Position numbers and translations under genes: made by a program
Notes under the pieces: model-generated
What the model was told of the DNA's origin: nothing
What the model saw: only the letters and a program-made list of their open reading frames with translations
The model's database searches: none
In this document: piece after piece, positions 59,433-64,000 of the stretch
Layout of the letters: each line of letters begins with the position of its first letter
Position numbering within the stretch: position 1 is the stretch's first letter
Source of the DNA: an uncultured Chloroflexia bacterium
GTDB taxonomy: Bacteria > Chloroflexota > Limnocylindria > Limnocylindrales > CSP1-4
Assembly: GCA_963783055.1 (NCBI GenBank)
Contig: CAWAMB010000004.1
Span: 803,368 to 867,367 of the forward strand
Length of the DNA: 64,000 nt
Direction of reading: 5' to 3'

Positions 59433-60326
59433 TCAGCAGCAGCCGCCGCTGCCGCAGCCGCATCCGTCGGCGCCCGCCTCGAGCATCGTGATCGCCCGGG
59501 GCAGGGCCGGCATCGCGGGCAGGTCGTCGAGCGCCACGGCCTCGAGCGGCCGGGTCGCCTTGATGATCGCGCCGTGGAGCCCGTCGCCGACGGCGTGGGT
59601 CGGCTCGATCGTGACGTCGACGAGGCCGACGGCGGCGAGGCCGGCGCGGTACTCCGAGAACGACAGGGCGCCGGCGATGCAGCCGCTGAACGAGCCGCGC
59701 TCGGCACGCTCGGTCGAGCTGAGCGTGTCGTCCGCGACGACATCGCTGACCCCGACCCGGCCGCCGGGCCGCAGGACGCGGGCGATCTCGCGGAAGACGG
59801 CGGCCTTGTCGGCGGCGAGGTTGATGACGCAGTTGCTGATGACGACGTCGACCGACGCGCCCGGCAGCGGGATCGACTCGATCGTGCCGCGGACGAACTC
59901 GACGTTGTCGATCCCCGCCTCGGCAGCGTTGCGCTGCGCCAGGGCGAGCATCTCGTCGGTCATGTCGAGTCCGATCGCGCGCCCGGTGGGCCCGACGCGA
60001 CGGGCGGACAGGAGCACGTCGATGCCGCCGCCGGAGCCGAGATCAAGGACGCGCTCGCCGGGTCGCAGCTCGGCGACGGCGGTCGGGTTGCCGCAGCCGA
60101 GGCTGGCCAGGACGGCAGCCTCGGGCAGCTGGGCGCGGTCGGTGTCGTCGTACAGGATCTCGCCGAAGACGGCCGTTCCGTCGGCCCCGCAACAGGACGC
60201 CTGCGCGGCCGAGTCCGAGCGGCGCGCACCGGCGGCCAGCGCGGCTTCGGCGTAGCGGGCGCGGACCTCGTCGTGGATTCGCTCCTGATCGGTCGCGGCG
60301 TCGGTGATCGGGGCCTGGTCGAGCAT
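59433..60326 (-). CDS. arsM: Arsenite S-adenosylmethionine methyltransferase (ArsM-type) with Cys-rich C-terminal tail
   Basis: SAM motif [13 protein letters not shown], conserved Cys contexts ASCCG, LGCGNP and ISNCVINL, and the tail [13 protein letters not shown]. Confidence 0.85.
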   Translation of the reverse strand: MLDQAPITDAATDQERIHDEVRARYAEAALAAGARRSDSAAQASCCGADGTAVFGEILYDDTDRAQLPEAAVLASLGCGNPTAVAELRPGERVLDLGSGGGIDVLLSARRVGPTGRAIGLDMTDEMLALAQRNAAEAGIDNVEFVRGTIESIPLPGASVDVVISNCVINLAADKAAVFREIARVLRPGGRVGVSDVVADDTLSSTERAERGSFSGCIAGALSFSEYRAGLAAVGLVDVTIEPTHAVGDGLHGAIIKATRPLEAVALDDLPAMPALPRAITMLEAGADGCGCGSGGCC

Positions 60327-60371
60327 CGGACGAACTCCTCCTGGGTCAGCGGGCGACCGCTGGATCGTGGG

Positions 60372-60575
60372 TCAGGCCGGGCAGCAGACGAGGTCGGTCT
60401 CGTCCTGGCGGACGCGGCTGATGCTGCGGAACCGGTCGAGCAGGCTCGGCCGAGGGGCGTGGGCCACGCGCTGGCTCTCGCGGAAGGCGTGGAGCTGCTC
60501 GCGATCGCGGGCGGCGTGTGGGTCCTGCAGTCGGGGGCCGCCGGCAATCATCCAGGCGGCGATGTTCGTGTCCAT
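60372..60575 (-). CDS. Small hypothetical protein (67 aa) ending in a vicinal Cys pair
   Basis: MDTNIAAWMIAGGPRLQDPHAARDREQLHAFRESQRVAHAPRPSLLDRFRSISRVRQDETDLVCCPA. A gggag RBS precedes ATG 60575, and third-position GC is very high. It is the first gene of the arsM-EamA transcription unit and is divergent from arsR. Confidence 0.5.
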   Translation of the reverse strand: MDTNIAAWMIAGGPRLQDPHAARDREQLHAFRESQRVAHAPRPSLLDRFRSISRVRQDETDLVCCPA

Positions 60576-60618
60576 GTCGGGACTCCCTGTGGTTGGGTGA
60601 GCCGTCATCCTGCCCGAC

Positions 60619-60657
60619 ATATTGATACTTGTCAATATAGATGGCTGTCGATATAGT
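60619..60657. promoter_or_regulatory. AT-rich divergent ars control region: 7-6-7 inverted repeat ATATTGA-N6-TCAATAT plus -35/-10-like elements for a leaderless arsR
   Basis: The inverted repeat is at 60619-60638. On the plus strand, TTGTCA (60629-34), a 17-nt spacer and TATAGT (60652-57) are followed by ATG 60665 seven nt later. The minus strand reads TTGACA. Confidence 0.5.
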
Positions 60658-60664
60658 GGCGACC

Positions 60665-61033
60665 ATGCCGCGCACCAAGACCACCCTGATCGACCCCGAC
60701 GTCCAGCTCCTCCAGGCGCTCGGCCATCCGACCCGCCTCGCGATCATTCGCGAGCTCACGGGGACGAACGAGGTCTGCGCCTGCGACTTCACGTCGTGCT
60801 GCGACGTCGGCCAGCCAACGGTCTCGCATCACCTCCGGATCCTCAAGGAGGCCGGCGTGATCGAGGCGGAGCGACGGGGGACGTGGATCTTCTACCGAAT
60901 CGTCCCGAGCGCTGCGGAACGCCTGCGTGCCCTCGCCGGTGAGCTGGCCGGGGCGCCCCAGGTCATCCCGGTCGGTGCCCTGCGCCGGCGATCCGCCCCG
61001 CCCGAGCCGGCCCGCCCGCGTCCCCAGGCCTGA
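60665..61033 (+). CDS. arsR: ArsR family metalloregulator (As(III)-type Cys site)
   Basis: LLQALGHPTRLAIIRELTGTNEVCACDFTSCCDVGQPTVSHHLRILKEAGVI. A Cys cluster precedes the recognition helix. Confidence 0.85.
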   Translation: MPRTKTTLIDPDVQLLQALGHPTRLAIIRELTGTNEVCACDFTSCCDVGQPTVSHHLRILKEAGVIEAERRGTWIFYRIVPSAAERLRALAGELAGAPQVIPVGALRRRSAPPEPARPRPQA

Positions 61034-61546
61034 TCAGCGCCGGTCGCGATCGAGGAGATCGGGCGGCACGAGCCAGCGCAGCGTCCCGCGACCGTCGGCC
61101 ACCGGGCCGCGCACGTCGACCCGAGCGAACGCCCCCTTCTTCATCGTCACCCCGTCGGCGTTCGCCAGCCAGCCCAGGATCTGGCTGAAGTCGGGGTCGT
61201 GGCCGACGAGCACCGGCCGGCGGGGATCGCCGGCGTCCGCCAGGATCGCGTCAACCGTCGCCGGATCGAACCCACCGGCGAGTCGCTCGTCCAACCGCAC
61301 GCCGACGCCGAGCGCCGCCGCGACGATCTCGGCCGTACGCCGGGCGCGGACCTTGGGCGAGCTGATGATCGCGTCCGGTTGGAAGCCGATGTCCGCCAGG
61401 AACGAGCCGAGCCGCTCCGACTGGAGCTCACCCTTTTCGCTCAGCGGCCGTGAGGCATCGTCGGCGGCCCATGCCTCCGGGTCGCCGGCATCGGCGTGGC
61501 GGAGCAGGAACAGCTGGAGGTCGGGGCGACGATCCGTCGGGCTCAT
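61034..61546 (-). CDS. sixA: Phosphohistidine phosphatase SixA-like (histidine phosphatase superfamily)
   Basis: LQLFLLRHADAGDP...RPLSEKGELQS...IISSPKVRARRTAE...LVGHDPDFS. Its start overlaps the arsC stop (ATGA). Confidence 0.8.
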   Translation of the reverse strand: MSPTDRRPDLQLFLLRHADAGDPEAWAADDASRPLSEKGELQSERLGSFLADIGFQPDAIISSPKVRARRTAEIVAAALGVGVRLDERLAGGFDPATVDAILADAGDPRRPVLVGHDPDFSQILGWLANADGVTMKKGAFARVDVRGPVADGRGTLRWLVPPDLLDRDRR

Positions 61547-61974
61547 CCGCCGAGCGTAGCGAGGAACGCCTCGATCCGCCCGCGGAGGTCGGCCATGGTG
61601 GTGCGGTAGACGTCCATGAGCTCGGCGTCCGTGCCGCGGGCACGCGCCGGATCGGGGATGCTCCAATGGGTCCGGACGGCCGGCCCGGGAAACACCGGGC
61701 AGACCTCGGCGGCGTCGTCGCAGACCGTCAGGACGTGGTCGAACGGACGGTCGAGGACCTCCGTCATCCCCTTCGAGCGGGCCCAGTCGTGGCCGATCCC
61801 GGCCTCGTCGAGGACCCGGATCGTGCGCGGATTGACCGTGCCCTCGGGATGGCTGCCAGCCGATACGACCGTCACCCGATCCCCGCCGAGCTCCCGGAAC
61901 AGGGCCTCAGCGAGGATCGACCGGCAGCTGTTGCCGGTGCACAGCACGAGGATCCGGACCGGGGCGTCCGTCAC
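61543..61974 (-). CDS. arsC: Arsenate reductase, LMW-PTP (thioredoxin-coupled ArsC) type
   Basis: RILVLCTGNSCRSILAEALF (CX5R P-loop), plus TVCDDAAEVCP, which supplies the two downstream Cys residues. GTG 61974 overlaps the phoU stop (GTGA). Confidence 0.85.
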   Translation of the reverse strand: MTDAPVRILVLCTGNSCRSILAEALFRELGGDRVTVVSAGSHPEGTVNPRTIRVLDEAGIGHDWARSKGMTEVLDRPFDHVLTVCDDAAEVCPVFPGPAVRTHWSIPDPARARGTDAELMDVYRTTMADLRGRIEAFLATLGG

Positions 61975-62643
61975 GGATTCAGGTCTTCGATCTCGCCGCT
62001 GGCGAGGAACACGACGTCCTCGGCGATGTTCGTGACCCGGTCGCCGATCCGCTCGAGGTAGTGGGCGGCGAACAGGATCCGCGTGCCGCGCTCGACGTTG
62101 TCGGGGTCGGCCCGCATCAGCTTGACGACCTCGTCGAACGTGCGGTGGTACATCAGGTCGATGTCGTCGTCGCGCGACGCGACCGCCCGGGCCGCGGCGA
62201 CGTCGACGTCGACGAGGGCGCGCAGGATCGCCCCGACGAGGGTCGCCGCGAGCTCGCCCATCGCCGGCAGGTCGACGTACTTCTTGAGCGGCGGCTCCGG
62301 GGCGAGCTTGCGGACCTGCTTTGCGACCGATGCCGCGTGGTCGCCCATCCGCTCGAGCTCGTAGCCGACGTGGTCGAGCGACAGCAGGAAGCGCAGGTCG
62401 CGGGCGACCGGCGACTGGGTCGCGATCGCGCGGGTGATGTTGCCCGAGACGTCGCGCTGCATCTCGTTGATCCGGGCGTCGGCCACGATCACCGCGAGCG
62501 CGCCGCGCGGCGTCGTGGGCCACGAGCGCGGCGATCGCCGCCCGGATCGACTCCTCGACGAGCGATCCCATCCGGAGGATCCCGTCCTTGACCTCGCGCA
62601 TCTCGTGGTCGAGGCCCGGCCGCGGCGGGTGCGCCTCGGCCAT
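61971..62643 (-). pseudogene. phoU: Phosphate signalling complex protein PhoU; frame shift about 62505-62510
   Basis: MAEAHPPRPGLDHEMREVKDGILRMGSLVEESIRAAIAALVAHDAA (ORF ending at 62643) continues as ALAVIVADARINEMQRDVSGNITRAIATQSPVARDLRFLLSLDHVGYELERMGDHA...FAAHYLERIGDRVTNIAEDVVF in the frame of ORF 61971..62876. Confidence 0.85.
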
Positions 62644-62772
62644 CTGGGCGGCGGCGTTGGCCGCGATCGTGAGGGCTTCGGCGACGACCCGCGACGCCTG
62701 GCCGGAGTGTGGCGGGCTCGTCGTTCGGCGATCGGTCGTCGGTCATGGTTCGGTCCTCGTTCGCGGGGTCGC

Positions 62773-63552
62773 TCATCCGAACCGCCCCGAGACGTAGTCC
62801 TCGGTGAGCTGGTTCTTGGGGTTCGTGAAGATCTCGACCGTCCGGTCCTGCTCGACGACGTAGCCGGCCCGATCATCGCCCATCGTCAGGAACACCGTTC
62901 GGTCCGAGGCTCGCGCGGCCTGCTGCATGTTGTGGGTCACGATCACGATCGTGTAGCGCGCCTTGAGCTCGGCCATCAGGTCCTCGATCTGGAGCGTCGC
63001 CCGCGGGTCGAGGGCCGAGCACGGCTCGTCCATCAGGATCACCTCGGGCTCGGTCGCGATCGCCCGGGCGATGCACAGCCGCTGCTGCTGGCCGCCGGAC
63101 AGCGAGAGCCCGCTCTGCTTGAGCTTGTCCTTGACCTCGTCCCACAGGGCCGCCCGCCGGAGGCTCGCCTCGACGAGCTCGGCGATGTCGCCCTGGTACC
63201 CGTTGATCCGCGCTCCGAAGGCGACGTTGTCGAAGATCGACTTGGGGAACGGGTTCGGCTTCTGGAAGACCATCCCGACCCGGCGCCGGAGCTCGACCGC
63301 GTCGACGCCCGGCGCGTACAGGTCCTGGCCGTCGAGCCGGATGCTGCCCTCGAGCCGGAACGTCGACACGAGATCGTTCATCCGGTTGATCGTCCGCAGG
63401 ACGGTCGACTTGCCCGATCCGGACGGGCCGATCAGCGCCGTGACCTCGCGCCGGGCGACGGTCATCGAGATGTTGCGGACCACCTGGAACGAGCCGTACC
63501 AGCACGACACGCCGCTCAGCTCGAGCGCGATCTCGCGCTCCATCACGGGCAC
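62773..63552 (-). CDS. pstB: Phosphate ABC transporter ATP-binding protein PstB
   Basis: Walker [45 protein letters not shown] and the [10 protein letters not shown] motif. Confidence 0.95.
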   Translation of the reverse strand: MPVMEREIALELSGVSCWYGSFQVVRNISMTVARREVTALIGPSGSGKSTVLRTINRMNDLVSTFRLEGSIRLDGQDLYAPGVDAVELRRRVGMVFQKPNPFPKSIFDNVAFGARINGYQGDIAELVEASLRRAALWDEVKDKLKQSGLSLSGGQQQRLCIARAIATEPEVILMDEPCSALDPRATLQIEDLMAELKARYTIVIVTHNMQQAARASDRTVFLTMGDDRAGYVVEQDRTVEIFTNPKNQLTEDYVSGRFG

Positions 63553-63711
63553 GCCGGCCGGGGCGCCGAATGAGTCGGGCGACGCCTGGATCCGGATCGC
63601 GGCCGGTGGTTGGGCCGGCTCGATCGCCGGCGACCTCGAGCCGCGGTGGCTCGACGCCGGCGCCGGGCTGCGGCGGCGCTTCGGTCAGGGACGCGTTCAC
63701 CGAGGTCTCCT

Positions 63712-64000
63712 CTACCACTGGATGTTCCGCGCCAGGCGGGTGCGGACGACGATGGCCAGGCCGTTGAGGATGACCATCAGGATGAGCAGGACGAGGATGG
63801 CCGCGGCGGCGATCCCCTGGAAGTCGGCCTGCGGGCCGGGCGGCCCACTGGTAGACCTGGATCGGAACGATGCTGAACCCCTCCTGGAGCGGGGTCGGCA
63901 GGAACGTGACGAAGGCCGCGGCGCCGATGACGATGATCGGGGCCGCTTCGCCGATCGCCCGGGCCATTGCCAGGATCACCCCGGTCACGATGCCTGGCGC
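63712..64000 (-). pseudogene. pstA: Phosphate ABC transporter permease PstA (3' part; gene continues beyond the window); extra base about 63838
   Basis: ...TGVILAMARAIGEAAPIIVIGAAAFVTFLPTPLQEGFSIVPIQVYQWAA is followed, in the next frame, by GPQADFQGIAAAAILVLLILMVILNGLAIVVRTRLARNIQW*, with the TAG complement at 63712-63714. Confidence 0.8.

Overview
This is a very GC-rich chromosomal segment (about 70% GC by eye). Its gene content looks Actinomycetota-like: MtrAB plus an LpqB-position lipoprotein, a SARP regulator, an LLM/F420-class oxidoreductase, SenX3/RegX3-like phosphate signalling, and leaderless-type promoters. I found no rRNA, tRNA, CRISPR array, transposase, integrase or phage genes by eye.

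Main blocks:
- 0-8 kb: GNAT, mdh, a large secreted S8 protease, a SARP regulator and an Lgt-like protein.
- 8.4-15.2 kb (minus strand): beta-ureidopropionase, LLM oxidoreductase, dihydropyrimidinase, then an RsbW/RsbV/RsbU-like partner-switching cassette and a YCII protein.
- 15.5-24.2 kb: PAP2 and DAG-kinase lipid genes, a class III aminotransferase and an NMT1-type ABC importer.
- 24.5-31 kb: a secreted cysteine-peptidase-like protein, an ArsR/SRPBCC pair, a PD-(D/E)XK-like protein, upp, asparaginase and a membrane J-protein.
- 31-37.6 kb: DtxR, gltX, a RegX3-like response regulator, PiT and proS.
- 37.7-44 kb: a GGDEF/HD-GYP enzyme, a large adhesin with 8 Ig-like repeats and a second J-protein.
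- 44.4-47.9 kb: a DEAD-box helicase, an arginase-fold protein, an RraB-like protein and a SnoaL-like protein.
- 48-52.9 kb: mtrA, mtrB, a lipoprotein, a NiCoT-type metal transporter and a Fur-family regulator.
- 53-58 kb: DUF47, a PhoR/SenX3-like kinase, an EEP phosphatase, a GDPD and an FAD oxidoreductase.
- 58.5-64 kb: an arsenic cluster (EamA, arsM, a small Cys-Cys protein, arsR) lying tail-to-tail with arsR against the sixA-arsC-phoU-pstB-pstA operon.

The most important technical observation is that at least 15 otherwise well-conserved genes are interrupted by single-base frame shifts, many of them in short G/C runs. Several of the long ORFs in the supplied track are therefore artefactual fusions or fragments. 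I annotate these genes as frameshifted (type pseudogene), but assembly indel error is the more likely cause.

The candidates for new biology I consider best are:
- a pyrimidine-degradation cluster that has an LLM oxidoreductase and no recognisable dihydropyrimidine dehydrogenase;
- the helicase / arginase-fold / RraB-like trio;
- the arsenic-phosphate operon junction with an unknown Cys-Cys mini-protein;
- the separation of the Pho two-component partners.
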